Shown here one piece after another: positions 1 through 12,093 of a stretch of DNA of 64,000 nt. Within the stretch, counting starts at the first letter, position 1. Each line of letters opens with the position of its first letter. Below the pieces are notes generated by a model that was given only the letters and a program-made list of their open reading frames with translations, had not been told where the DNA came from and searched no databases. This stretch comes from Ginglymostoma cirratum. Lineage: Eukaryota. A program made the position numbers and the translations under genes. The stretch covers positions 5,321,371 through 5,385,370 of the forward strand of contig JAHRHZ010000009.1 of assembly GCA_024137785.1 (NCBI GenBank), in the 5' to 3' direction.

Positions 1-759
1 ATAACCAATTTTCCATACTGCTTAGAGAACAAATGACCTTCATGGCATAAAAACAGTCATGACCTTTAATTTGTTAATAAAATATCATGGAAGAAGAAAA
101 GAATGAGTGAGAGTTAGGAGATCTTTCATTCAAATTCATGCACTTAATGCGTAATTTGTCAACTATTGAGCCTGAATTTTCAGGTCAGGCAAGGAGTGGG
201 AATGAAGTTACAAAGTTGGGAGATGGGTGATGGTGTTAAAAGACTGGAGCCAGCTAGCATGCCAGTTTCCCAATGCCATTCTGGCACCAGCAAGTTTCAC
301 TGGGGTGAAGGGATGATGATACCGATGGCCCACCTAATCCATGAAGAGAATGGATACTGGTATGGTGTTGAGCATGTTCTGATTTTGATAAGGGTGCGTA
401 GACTACACTAGTTATTTGAGGTGAATATGTAAATAAATACCGATGCACAATGGGTACACAGTCATAGCGACTATGGATCATTAGTGGGCACAGTGAAAAG
501 GTGTGAATGGCACAACAGCATATGTTGCCATCTTCATGTAGCTTGTATTGGCTTAGTGTAGTTTTCAGGGAGAGCGGTCTGTGAGCTTTAGGGCAGTGCA
601 GGTTGTCATTATCCTATCATTATGAGTACACAGGAGGAGGAGACAAAGCTGGCAAACAGAATAAGCAGGAGTGTGAGCGGTGAGTGGTGGGGTGTGAAAC
701 CGGAACACAAGGAAGGCAACAGCTCCCACAGCGGAAGTGACTCTTAGATTTTACACCCA

Positions 760-1372
760 ATGGTGATGGGAATAAATATTTCTGCAGGAAGGGTAGAGCT
801 CCAGGCATCAGTTGGGATGAGTGACAGGAAGGAAATGAAGACCAGGCTGTCAGTAAAGGAACCAATGCCAAAGACAGAGCTATTCAGAGGTGATCACAAG
901 TATGCATCATAGGAGATAGGACTGTCCAGGCAGACAGTTGTAGAGGGTAATGTACTCACTGCTCATGAGTCCACATCTTGCAGCATTGGTTTCCTAGCCC
1001 TGCCAATGACCACCAAAGTCACAGTGGACTTGAACTTCTTTGCTCCAGCCTCCTTCTAATAATCATCCATAGATCTTGGAGGCATCTCACAAATAGTTGT
1101 GTTTCACAAGTGACTGATGCCCTGTCTGTGAGAGCTGGTCAGTGTATTCAGCTCCAGCCAGCTACTGCCTTGCAAGAACACTGGAAAATGGGTGGCAACT
1201 GCGGCAGTGAAATCCACTGCATCCAGTGTGCACAGATATCACCCACCTGACCAGGACATCACCCAATGGGCTTCGTCAGCAGCAAGGATTTCTGCTTCCT
1301 AACATTCAGCTATTCTGTGATCAGAAGAATGCTCGTTTCCCTGGCGACTATCATGACAATTTCACCCTCTGC
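760..1372 (+). mobile_element. PIF/Harbinger (HARBI1-like) DDE transposase remnant, N-terminal/central part
   Basis: Manual translation across frameshifts and stops: LSRQTVVE...ALPMTTKVTVDLNFFAPASF...GGISQ...CVSQVTDALSVRAGQCI...GFVSSKDF..NIQLFCD..ARFPGDYHDNFTL. This follows the HARBI1 motif order [58 protein letters not shown]. Confidence 0.85.
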
Positions 1373-1609
1373 CAGTTCAGGGTACATTCCAACTTCTAAC
1401 TTAACTTTTAAAATATGTGAGTTAATTCTCAAGGTCAAGGGATATCCCTTGACAATATTGGCTCTCACACTCAACAAAAGTCAGAACTAAAGGCTCAACA
1501 GTGATACAAACAGATTTATGTGAATCAAAAACGGAAAGTGCTACAGAAACTCAGTTAGTGTCTGGAATAAACTCCCAGAGGAAGTAGTGGGTGCCAGTAC
1601 AGTCAGCAA

Positions 1610-1755
1610 CGTTTGAAAGACAATTGGATAAGCACACGAGTAGGAAAGGCTTGTAGGGATACGGGCCAAATGCAGGTAAATTGGACTAGTTTGGGAACAT
1701 GGTCAGCGTGGGCTAGTTGGACCGAAGGGCCTGTTTCCATTCTGTCTGACTCTAT
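1610..1755 (+). mobile_element. CR1 LINE 3' end fragment inside the Harbinger transposase
   Basis: ...gggatacgggccaaatgcaggtaaattggactagt...gaccgaagggcctgtttccattctgtctgactctat, the CR1 3' tail seen repeatedly in this window. Confidence 0.75.
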
Positions 1756-1880
1756 ATGTTGGGCAGCATCTATAGAGGGAGGAACAGGGGTCACTGGACT
1801 CTGTTTCTTGCTCTCACAGATGCAGCTTAACCAGTTGGGTTTTTCTAGCACTTGCTACTTTCATTTCAGATTTCCATTTT

Positions 1881-2185
1881 AGAGCCATGTGATAATTGTC
1901 ATTCCGATGACACAAACCATGGGGCTTTTGAAGCTGAGGTTGTGATGTCTTGACTGGTCAGACGTTACCCTACAATGCTGTGCTGCAGGAGGTTCAGTGA
2001 TTCTGGCAGTCTGCTGAGTCTCTGTAATATTGTCCCTCTGGAGAGATGCAGCGCTTGAACAGGGTGCGGTCCCAGAAGGACACATCTCATCAGAGGATGA
2101 AGACAAACCCCATGGAAATGAGGAGGATAAAGAGGAAGTCCAGAGGGAAGATGTTGAAAACCGAGCTGCCTCAGATGCAAACATA
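1881..2185 (+). mobile_element. Harbinger transposase remnant, C-terminal part
   Basis: QTMGLLKLRL*CLDWSDVTLQC...VILAVC*.LCNI matches IEQTIGLLKMRFRCLDRSGGALQY...CCALHN. An acidic tail follows (EDEDKPHGNEEDKEE). Confidence 0.85.
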
Positions 2186-3417
2186 AGTAGCAGGGCCTGA
2201 ATTTGAACTCAAAGGTATTATCAGAATGCCATTTGCATCAGGGATCCTTTGATTCTATCCTGGTTAGAACAGTGTTCTCTGAACCAGGAGGAGCTGCATG
2301 GCGTGCAATTCGTTCTGAGTTGGCGTGAGAACACTTCCCTTGTAAGCCAATGTAGCCAGGAACATGTAAACTCTCATCAATGATGAAGGATGTCCATCTA
2401 TCCAGCGGTTTGTCACTGTCACGTAGATGCAGTTCACTTTGAACGCTCCATCCTTTTCTCCCCTACATTAAAAACGGAGTCTGAAACCCCTGTCAATATT
2501 TACATGGTGCTCAAAGAGAAAACAGTGCACCATTATCACAATGAGCTTACCTGTGACAGAGCCCGGTCCTGCATTAATGCCCCACTGGAACAAATAAGTA
2601 TCACTCCAGTATCGCATTAGCATCATCAGTTATAAGTGACCAGGCTGCATCCACAGGCACAGGATGAGCATAGTGTAGCAGAACCGTACAGTGAAGGACT
2701 CTGTATCATTTATTGCACTGGGGCAGCTTTCATATGTAATTGTGCAAATTCTTATATATTAACTGTACTGGAGATATTGAGTTACGACCCAAGGCACCTG
2801 AGCTTTCATCTTTTAATAACAAACCTGTAAAGAGAGTAGCAGTGATAGGAAGCAATGATCTTTCAAAAAAGACCATGAGAACACAGGACTGATGTTAACT
2901 ATACATTGCAAGTAAGAATGGAATTAATCAAAGTTTGATAGAAACACTTTGTATTGATGTTCTCATTGGCTGCTCTCTCTGCTGCTGAATGGATGCAGTA
3001 CATGATGCTGTGTCACTGAATGTTCAGCCATTACTGTGAGTCACTGTCGTTTGTTGCTGTAAGATCCCATTGGTTTGGTCAGGTCTCACAAACAAGTTTT
3101 CGCTGACCTGTGAGGTGCAACAGATATCTTCTGCCTGAACGACACTATCAATGTCAAATGCTGCTTCTTAAAAAATACCAAAGGTGAAGAGGTTCAAGGC
3201 CACAGACTTTAACAGCCACGAGCAGGACATGGCAAACTGCACTGTGAGAACTCAGATTGTCCTTAGCAAAGGTGTTATGATCCATGTCGAGACCAATGGT
3301 TTTAAAGGAAGAAATCTCCAAAATGCCAACAGAGATAACTAGAGGGCATAACTTCTCGAAATAAAGGTTTTTATTGAATGAGCAAACTGAAATGAGTCAA
3401 ACATTAATTAATAGTCA

Positions 3418-3655
3418 AAAAATGAAAGAGCTGTGGATGGTAGAAATCAGAAACAAAAGCAGAAATTGCTGAAAATTGCTAGCAGGTCTGGCAGTATCTG
3501 TGGAGAGAAATCGGAGTTAAAATTTCGAGTCTAATAACCCTTCCTCCGAACTAGTTCATAGTTCTGAAGAAGGGTCACTGGACCTGAAACGTCAACTCTC
3601 ATTTCTCTCCACAGATGCTGCCAGAATTGCTGACTATTTCCAACAATTTTTTTTG
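3418..3655. mobile_element. Inverted pair of PLE 3' tails inserted in the solo LTR
   Basis: The left arm ...ggcagtatctgtggagagaaat... is the reverse complement of the right arm ...atttctctccacagatgctgcc...; a hammerhead motif lies at 3564-3593. Confidence 0.7.
3564..3593 (+). ncRNA. Minimal hammerhead ribozyme motif (PLE type)
   Basis: agtt-CTGAAGA-a-GGGTC-actg-GACCT-GAAAC-GTC-aact: both core boxes, stem II, 4-bp stem I (agtt/aact) and a GUC cleavage triplet. Confidence 0.65.
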
Positions 3656-4489
3656 AATGATTTAATAGGCAACTAATACAACAAACTAATGAGAAGGTTA
3701 AGTCTTGCACTAACTACATAATTCAACCAGATTACTCCTTACAAGATTCTTACTCTACGCCATGTTATTGGCAGTTACGTGGCGTTAACAGAATACTGTT
3801 AGCTTTCCCATAGAGATTCATGAATCCTTATCACATTGGCTCATAACTTCCTGGATTTTTTAACAACTGTTCCAATCTGTCTAAGATCTTTCAAAACTAA
3901 TTAATACCCTCTTTTCAAAGAAGGACTCAATATATCCTCATCTCCTTCAGATCACAACAGGTCTGGTCACCCTGAATTCTAGAGTTTCTTGTAATTGTCC
4001 CCTTTAAATCATTTACTTTGCCCTGGTAAAGCTATTTCACCATTAATGCTTTACTTCTACTCCCTGTTGTTTCCTACGAAATAGGTAAGACCGGTTCCTG
4101 GGCAAGTTCCAATTGTTTTCTTCTGTGATTTCTCATTAGCTTTTCCTCTGTCCTCTGAGTTTCTGTGAATGGTGTCAAAAACTGCCATTGAATACTCAAT
4201 AGATTGCTGTTGAAGGTTCTCTCTCTATTCTTAATTCCTATTCAAATGGCACTTTGAGTCACATAGGCATTTCTCCAAACTGAGGTGCATATTGAGAACT
4301 CAAATTACACAATTTTGAGAACTGCTGTCCTCTTTAGTTTAAAGGAATATTTCACCAGATCATATATTTTCAATGTTCATGACAAAGGGCATAGCACTCA
4401 GTTACGATCTGCTTTGGGAAGTGTATCCCCTACAACACTGGCTCTCTGATATGCTCAGGTAGTCTCAGTACCACTAAAGATACTCTATT

Positions 4490-5000
4490 TCATTTTCTGG
4501 GGATAGACTGACCTCTGATGTCCACTACAAACCCACTGACTTCCACAGTTACCTTGACTATACATCCTCACAACCTCATTCCTGTAAGAACTCCATTCAT
4601 TCTCCCAGCTTCTCTGTCCCTATTGCATCATTCCTGACAATGTCACCTTCTGCAGGTGTTTCAGACATTTTTTCCTGAACTGAGGAGGCCGTATTAGTCT
4701 CATTGACGGGGCCTTTAGCCATGTCCAACACATTGCCCAAACTTCAGCCCTTACTACTTTCCCTCCTTCCCAGAACACAGATAGGGCCCTACACTAACCA
4801 CCCCCCAACCTCCAGCCTCTGTCTTCACTTTCTATCCCACCAGCTTCCACTTCCAAAGGATCATTTGCTGCCATTTCCACCACCTTTAGCAGGATGCTAA
4901 CTCCAACCACATATTTCCCTGACCTCCCATGTCAGCCTTTCACAGGGATCATGCCCTGCTGGAGACCATTGGTCCAATCCTCCCCACTTCCCCACAGTGC
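4490..5000 (+). mobile_element. Penelope-like element fragment (RT thumb/linker region), degenerate
   Basis: Translates GDRLTSDVHYKPTDFHSYLDYTSSQPHSCKNSI, typical of vertebrate PLE RT C-termini. Confidence 0.8.
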
Positions 5001-5264
5001 CTTCATCCGTTCTCCTTATTTACTGTCAAAGCATTCACTCATTCTGAGCTTATCTGAGCTCACAACATCCCTGCATTGCTACCCCCACATTTTTGTGTTT
5101 TGTCCCCTTAGCCAGAGATATCCGGCTCATATTACTGATCTCTTGTTGTGCTGTTTAGCACAGATGCAAAGCCAGGAAGCTTGTCATATTTGACAACAGG
5201 TCTCAGTCTGGACAAGGGCTAGTCTTAACTCAGGGATTCCAACACTGTAGGTGTAACATTTGAT

Positions 5265-5902
5265 ACCAGCCCAGGTCCTGTTCAGGGCACACAGAGTCAG
5301 GATCTTCCCCTCAGAAGCAGGGCAGAAGTTGAATGGCGGGCAGCATACCATCTATCCTGATTCTTCCTGCCCTATTGTAACTTAATTCCTCCTGGATTGG
5401 GAGAGAGGCAGGTATTATGGGAGATGAAAGAGAGAGGTACAGCTATTACTGTCAGTTCCTTTGGGGAGATGTGTGAAGCAAGAGAGTGTGCAACACAGAA
5501 ACCTTGAAGGGTTAGAGATGGCGAGGCAAGGAATAAGTCAAAGTGAGTGAAGAAGACGTTGGCGGTAATATGGGGAGTGCTAGAGCTTGAGTCTAGGTGG
5601 AAGGTGGGTACATTAACAGAGATAAAATGAGTGTGAGGTATTGTAGAGAAGATGGCAGTTCATACACTAGCAGAACGGAGAAGGTCATTGAAATTCTTCC
5701 GACAGTGTTTGGCATTCCTGCAGGTGGTTGACATTTCTTCAACCTGGGTGGCAACCTGGGACCAGGCTGGCACGGGCTGTTATCATGGTTTCCATCTCCG
5801 CTCCTTGGGGTGAAGGAAGCATCACTCCAGCACCATCCTGCCCAGCAGGACCCCCCAAGCCCCTGCCCACAAAGTGGGATGACAATTTCCCTCATCTGCC
5901 AT
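5265..5902 (-). pseudogene. Harbinger Myb/SANT-like DNA-binding gene remnant, exon 1 (5666-5902) and exon 2 (~5265-5391)
   Basis: Exon 1 reads MA...VLLGRMVLE*CFLHPKERRWKP**QPVPAWSQVATQVEEMSTTCRNAKHCRKNFNDLLRSAS, then a gtatg donor. Exon 2 follows a tctctcccaatccag acceptor and reads EELSYNRAGRIRIDGMLPAIQLLPCF. It is convergent with the transposase at 760-2185. Confidence 0.85.
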
Positions 5903-6469
5903 GTCTAGGGGCAAATGTCAGGAAACTTGCTGGACAGCTCTGGACTGACAGTACTTTATCCAGGTGTACCACTGACTTTTCGAGATGACATGGGCACAAG
6001 AGATGCCAGTGAATAAAGAATATCCACTGAGTGCTGAGCTGTTCTGGAAATGGTACGTGGTATGAGGGGACAGATATTGGATATGTGAGGCACCATGGGG
6101 GCGGGGAAGGTAATTTGAATGTGGTGAATTTGGCAAGCTACAGCTGGAAAATGTACTGAACATCATGGCACAAAATGCTCTACATAACTCGGAGTTAACT
6201 AAAAAAATAGTCAGACTTAGCCCTAGATTTCTGTTGAATTGAAATTAGTCCACCTGCTAGCATGGGAGTTGATCCCACTTTCCCAGAGCATTAGAGTTTA
6301 GGGTTCCACTGCAGGAAAGTCAGTCTGAAAAAAAGTGTTAATTCTTGAAAAAGCAGTTTTTCTTGCAGCTAAGTCAGAAGGTTGTGGTTTCAGGCCATTA
6401 ATCCAGGCTTCAACCTCAGTGCTGTAACTGAGGGCTCTTTTCCCGCGCATGTTAGCAAGCATTTTGGGC

Positions 6470-6790
6470 AGCTGACATCCCAGTAGTATTATTACTAATC
6501 CAGAGACCCAGGTAATGTTTTGGGGATCTGGGTTCAAATCCAGCCATAGCTGGTAGCTGAATTGGAATCCAATAAAAATCTGGAAGAGACTAATGATGAC
6601 AATGTTGTCAAGTCTTGAGAAACAGGTTTGGATCACTGAAGTCTTTAAGGGAAGGAAACTTCCATCTTTATTGAGTCTGGCCTCTAGACCTACAATGATG
6701 TGGTTGACTCTTAACTGGCTGATTAGGGATGGTATTAAATGTGGGCTTAGCCAGCAAACCTCTCATCCTATGTATGAGTATTTTTTTAAA
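6470..6790 (+). mobile_element. tRNA-derived SINE (family B)
   Basis: Similar to 16427-16769 (ggttcaaatcc B box; gggaaggaaact; atgtggttgactcttaact). Confidence 0.75.
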
Positions 6791-9247
6791 AAATCACTAT
6801 TCGTGTGAGAGTTTGTTATGTGCAAACTAGCTGTAATGTTTCATCCAGTCAACATAGTGACTGTTTTTCATTGATAGCAATGTGCTTTGAGACATCCCTG
6901 GGTCGTGATATAGCGCTGTATAAATCCAAGTTTTTCCTGTCTTTTTACAACTCAATATTTTCCCACTCATTAATTGTTGCACACGTTATGTTTTTCAGCG
7001 CATTTTGTATCATGCCACTAGCGATGAAAAAATGTTCCATTTATATTCTCTGTAGGTATTTTCATATTGATTAAGTGTCATCAACCATTGGTGACTGAAA
7101 CTTCGAATAGACACAGCTGGACCTATCAGAACAAGGGCCTACATTCTCTTGTGTTCCATAAGATAGAGGTCAGTGCTGTGAAAAGCAAATGGCTTTTCTT
7201 TCCCACTGCTTCTCCCCTGGGCCTCACAAAAGTAGCAGCATGCTGACTCAAGTAAAAAGATCAAGAGATTCCACTTCAATGCTACTTCTTCCAAAGTTCA
7301 TGCAGGAATGGAAAAGTACCTCAAGATAGTGAGAAAAATAAAATTGCAACAGAATGAACCAATAGAAAACAGTTAGCTATGCAGCTATAGAAATGGAAAT
7401 TATCTGTTAGTTTGTATTTGTTTTCTTGAACTTTTCCTATTCTGCAGTTATGTTATTTTTTATTTGTATCCCATTAAGTTGAGACCCATATCAGTGCCCC
7501 CCTACCTGCTGGGAATGGAACACTTTGGGGAGTGGGGCTTTTTAAGATGGTTTGTTAGGAGTCACCACCATATTAATCTGTAGGAGCAAATTACTGCAGA
7601 TGTTAGAATCTGCACTAAAAACAAAAAATGCTGGGAATCACAGTGAGTCAGGCAGCTAGATGACTCTTCATCTAGACTCAGAACGTTAGCTTGTTCTCTC
7701 TTCATGGATTGTATTAACCTGTCTCTAATTGGACACTTGAGCAGCATCTGTCCCAATCAGGACTGTATTTTGGAATGTGGAGACCAATGATGGCATTTCT
7801 ACCCTGACCCAATTTTTGGAAACTGGAGACGGAATGATAAGAAGACGCCACAGTATGTTTTAGGACATTCTCCCCTTTTCCCATTGGGACTCTTTGTTGA
7901 GCAAAAGGAGCAGGAATCTTTCTCAGGGCCCTTGCAAAAATTCCTTGAACTTTCACAAATTTGCTGCCTCCCTTTTGGTGACATCTCATTGAAAACTCCT
8001 GCCCCACCCTGGCACCCCCCCACCTCCCCCACACCAACTATTTGATTTGTGTTGGGTGATGGTTTTTTGGGCCATTAGCATCAATAGCTCCCATCTGTCA
8101 CCACTTATATTGTTCTGACTTTAGATGAGAAATATTTAAATGTGACCGTCTAGTTAAAATGGCCCATGTCTCACATTAAAAGGTCACTGGATAACCTGAA
8201 CAGCATCCTTCCTGCCACCAAATTGTCCCAAGGTAAGTTTGCCTTTTTGCTTCTGTTTGCATTTATACCTCTTCAAGGACTCTACAATGTATCACACACT
8301 TGTAAATATTTGTCTCTGAGCATCAGGAATTCATTGCATTGGACTGTATGGAGAATCCAGGGAGAAAATTTAAGCCTTCAACTGGTTCATTGGGAAACTT
8401 TATGCTGTGGCAGTTTCCTCAGGCTTATTCTTCTCCAACATACCTCAGCTGGGCTGTCTGGTGATCATATGAACAGTTTCAGAACCCACTGAAATTATTA
8501 ATTTAATCTCAGAAAACTGACCACAGTCAGAGCATAGGCTTCAGGAAGGCTCAGGTCTAACCCTGTAATGAAATGCCACTATGTTGATCCTGGAAAGATA
8601 AATCAGTCCCTGCATTTTGGCCACAGTCTTATGGTGCATCATTTAACATTATAGTTGTATTTCTGCCAAATTTCTTATAATTCACTTGTTTCAAAGAAGA
8701 CCTGCCAATCAACCACTTGTATTGCAGTGGAAAATAGGAAGAACTGTTTCCTCATTGTGCCAGCCAACTTTTTTCTATGCATAGGTCCTAAAGTGGGACT
8801 TAAACTCAGAATTCTCCAGCTCAGAAATAAGGGCATTATCAACATGAGCCACAATGTTCTCCCCAGGTACCTTTGGCTACCACTTCTCCAACCTTGGTCC
8901 ATGCAACTACTTCACAAGAGTAGTTTCTCATAAAACAAAATTCATTGAGGACTTTTTACTTCCATCTCTTTGCAGTAATCTATGCTACTTTTTGTCCCAA
9001 ATATTTTGCACAAAACTCCGCCCCCTCCCACCCTAACCACCCCTGCTGACCGGTTGTATACAGCCCAAACAAGATGTGACCACCATCCGAGATTGGATGA
9101 ATCCCTGATCTGCCATTCACTCTCCTACCTACTCACTTCACCTAAAGTGACGATCCTGCAAAGAAAAATGTATGGCAAGAAAATTCCATACTGAATTTGT
9201 ATTTTGTGAAAAACGAACGCACATCTGTGCCTGAAAACAGACTTAGC

Positions 9248-9335
9248 ATATATATATACATAGTTTATATATATTTTTATACTTATATTATATATTTATA
9301 TATAGGTATTATATATGTATGTATATGTTTATAGG
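9248..9335. repeat. Imperfect (TA)n microsatellite
   Basis: atatatatatacatagtttatatatattt... Confidence 0.9.
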
Positions 9336-9664
9336 TATAACTGAAGCAAGAATGGCAGCTTTTAGTATTAACGCCTTTGCAAGGAATGAACTGGCTTGAA
9401 GAAAAATATCACCAAGAATAGTATCATAATGTTTCATTTCGCTGCCCGAGAAAGTACATGTTGCAATGAAAGGCAGGATTGAAAAGTTAACAATTTTGGA
9501 GGTAACAGGTCTCTTAGTCAGAAAAATACATGAGTTTCAAGCCTAGTAATCATCAATGTACTTGGTAAATATGAAGCTAGAGACTGCCGAGGGAAAAATC
9601 TACCATGCAATATCTATTGTTGAGCAAATAACACCAACTAAAACTACATGCTGTCTTGAATTCA

Positions 9665-9816
9665 AAGTCAGAAGTCACACGACACCAGCTTATAGTCCAA
9701 TGGATTAATTAAAATCAAAAGCTTTCGAAGCACTGCTCCTTTGTCAGGTTGGATAATACCTGGTGTCGTGTGATTTCTGACTTTGTCCACCCTAGTCCAG
9801 CACTGGCACCTCCACA
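9665..9816. mobile_element. Inverted PLE tail pair (second PLE family)
   Basis: aagtcagaagtcacacgacaccag (9665-9688) pairs with ctggtgtcgtgtgatttctgactt (9760-9783). A degenerate hammerhead-like CTGACAA..GAAAGC lies on the minus strand between them. Confidence 0.6.
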
Positions 9817-10199
9817 TCTGTGCCTGGTGTACATGGCTGCCTATCCAGTTTCATATCAGGCTCTAAGGGGCCCTGGGGGTGAATGGGGTCTTGAATGGGC
9901 TTTACATTTGCATGGCAATTCGGAGGTTTCATGGGAGAAAGGTGGCGGGGGGTGGAGGTGGGAATGGTGTGTGAGGGGTGAAAATTGGAAGTCTGAAACT
10001 GCAGCCAAATGTCTGGGTTGAAGTCCTACAGAACAGAGGCAGTCATTTCAAAAAATGCCCCTTGGCTCTCAGTGACCCCTCTGGCTGCCCTTGGTCAGTT
10101 GCTAGGAGTGACAGGCCTGGCTCTGCCCTGCCCCTGTGGCCAGTCCTGACACCTTCCGCCCCCACCCCCAACCGCTGACTGCAGCAAAGGTCCTGCCAG

Positions 10200-10910
10200 T
10201 CCCTCTGACCAAGGTCAGCACAGTATACTGGGAAGTTTCCTGACTCGAGGTACAGCTTCGATGACAAAAAAACTCCAGGCTGCATTTTATCAGATGAGAC
10301 ATCCAAATCCTGGTAAATCTTCTCCGGTATATCCCAAGGTAGAAAGAATGAGAACAGAGGAGATCTTCTGTCTGTCCTGGTCAATATTTATTCATTAACA
10401 AACATAGAAACATAGAGTCATAGAGTCCCTAAAGTGTGGAAACAGGTCATTCGGCCCATTGAGTCTACACTGACTTTCCAAAGAACATCTCACCCAGACC
10501 TACCACCAACCTATCCCTGTAATCCTGTATTCCCCACAGCTAATCCACCTAACCTACACAACTCTGGGCACTACAGGCAATTTAGCATGGCCAATCCGTG
10601 TAACCTGCACATCTTTAGACTGTGGGAGGAAACCTGAGCACCCGGAGGAAACCCACAGAGATACGGGGAGAATGTGCAAACTCCACACAGACAGTTGCTT
10701 GAGGATGGAATTGAACCTGGGTCCCTGGTGCTGACGGCAGCAGTGCTAACCACTGAGCAACTGTACTCGTCAGTGTGCAAACTGGATATCACACATTTTT
10801 CAATAATACAGTTACTTCTTTAAGAAAGTGTATCATTGGCTCTAAAGTGCTTTGGGACATCCTTGGATTGTAAAAGACGTTACACATAAATGTAAGTTGT
10901 TTCTTTCTCT
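10200..10910 (+). mobile_element. DeuSINE (SacSINE1/AmnSINE1-like) remnant split by an HE1 SINE
   Basis: Deu-domain-like tcagatgagac...tgtcctggtcaatatttattcattaac at ~10290-10400. The 3' tail gtgctttgggacatccttggattgtaaaagacgttacacataaatgtaag resumes at ~10845-10900. Confidence 0.55.
10403..10765 (-). mobile_element. HE1/V-SINE
   Basis: Reverse complement shows a tRNA-like head (gctcagtggttagcactgctgcc...gggttcaattcc), the V core (gtggagtttgcacattctcccc...gggtttcctccgggtgctc) and a CR1-type tail. Confidence 0.9.
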
Positions 10911-11169
10911 GCCTCAAGATTTCCCTGTTAAGCGAAGCTGTAAGATAGTAACCCAAAATTGTGACAACAGAAAATTGCTCAGGAAACCCATGTGTTCATT
11001 TTTAGTTCATTTTCTTGGTGCGCGCATCACTCGCAAGACCAACGTTCAGTCTCCATTCCAAGTTATTCACAAGAATGTACTGATGTGCTGCCAGAATATG
11101 TTTGGGGAAGATGGTCCAACACAATATACTGATTCAAGAAGGCGGCAAAGTATGAAGACTGCATGCAGG

Positions 11170-12093
11170 CTCTTGTCAGGGGCTTATTGCTCCCACTTGC
11201 TCTCTTTCCTTGTTTTTTACCTCTGCTCTTTCTCTTTCATTTCTTCCAATCGTTTTTCCTTTCTTCGGAGCCTTTTTGCAGAGGGTTAGTCTGTGAAGTG
11301 AGCGCGTCAGCTACAGCAGGCCCTGCGTGGAATGGCGGCTCATCCGAATGTTCAGAGGTGGCGGCAGACACAGTTCCTCACAGCGACCGGAGGGTGTGGC
11401 AGCAGCGGAAGCGGGGAACGTCCTGCCGGAGCTTGGGGACCGTTGGCGGTGGCGGTAATTCTCCTCCAAAGATTGGATGTTGGCGGACAGAAGCAGACGT
11501 TCCAAGATGGTGGCCCCGGCAGGGCAACATCTCGGAGGACGGCGGCCAGAGTGGGTCTCTTGGCCAGACGCCGGCGACAGCCCGGTCTGGGAGCAGATTC
11601 TGGGACTCCTGGTTGCAGTAGGCCCAGAGTGGGGGCTCCTGGCGTTAGTGAGGTGCGGCAACAGCGTGGTATGCCCCAAACCAGGACGCCCCCCCACCCA
11701 GTGTCAATGAGCCGGCAATGGAACCGGGGACTCCTGGCTGTGGGGTGAGTGCGGGTTCAGCATGGGACCCAATATCGACATTGGCATCAACATCGGTGGT
11801 TGTGCCGGCGAGGTGGGGCCAGCGGCGAAGAGTTGGCACCTAAAGCGTGGTGACTCCCACATTGGTGGGTCTGACGCAGGCAGCAGAGAGCTGGTGGGGG
11901 AGGGTTGGCAGCACAGGGTAAGCCAGCTGAGGGCTCAGAACTCCTTTTCAGTGACATCATTTATCCTTTTTATTCTTAAACAATTCAAAATGGTGCCAGG
12001 TTGTGGGGACCGTTGATGCTTTTCACTGTATTTTACTGTATTATTCACTGCGAAATACAAGTGACAGTAAATTAATGGTACGTCATTCATTCA
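11170..12093 (+). mobile_element. GC/CpG-rich non-coding retroelement with a LINE-derived 3' tail
   Basis: T-rich leader, CpG-rich body, aaatggtgcc, then ttttcactgta...tacaagtgacagtaaa and cattcattc. The overlapping ORFs have no recognisable domain. Confidence 0.55.

Larger units (their letters stand above)
3273..4384 (-). mobile_element. Solo LTR (Gypsy/ERV-like)
   Basis: Termini TGTTATGA...TCATGACA (TG..CA inverted ends), exact 4-bp TSD AAGG at 3269-3272 and 4385-4388, and AATAAA on the minus strand near 3370. Confidence 0.75.

Noticed and set aside
10852-12016. Several overlapping 80-150-aa ORFs
   Set aside because: By-product of a GC-rich repeat with few stop codons; no domains.
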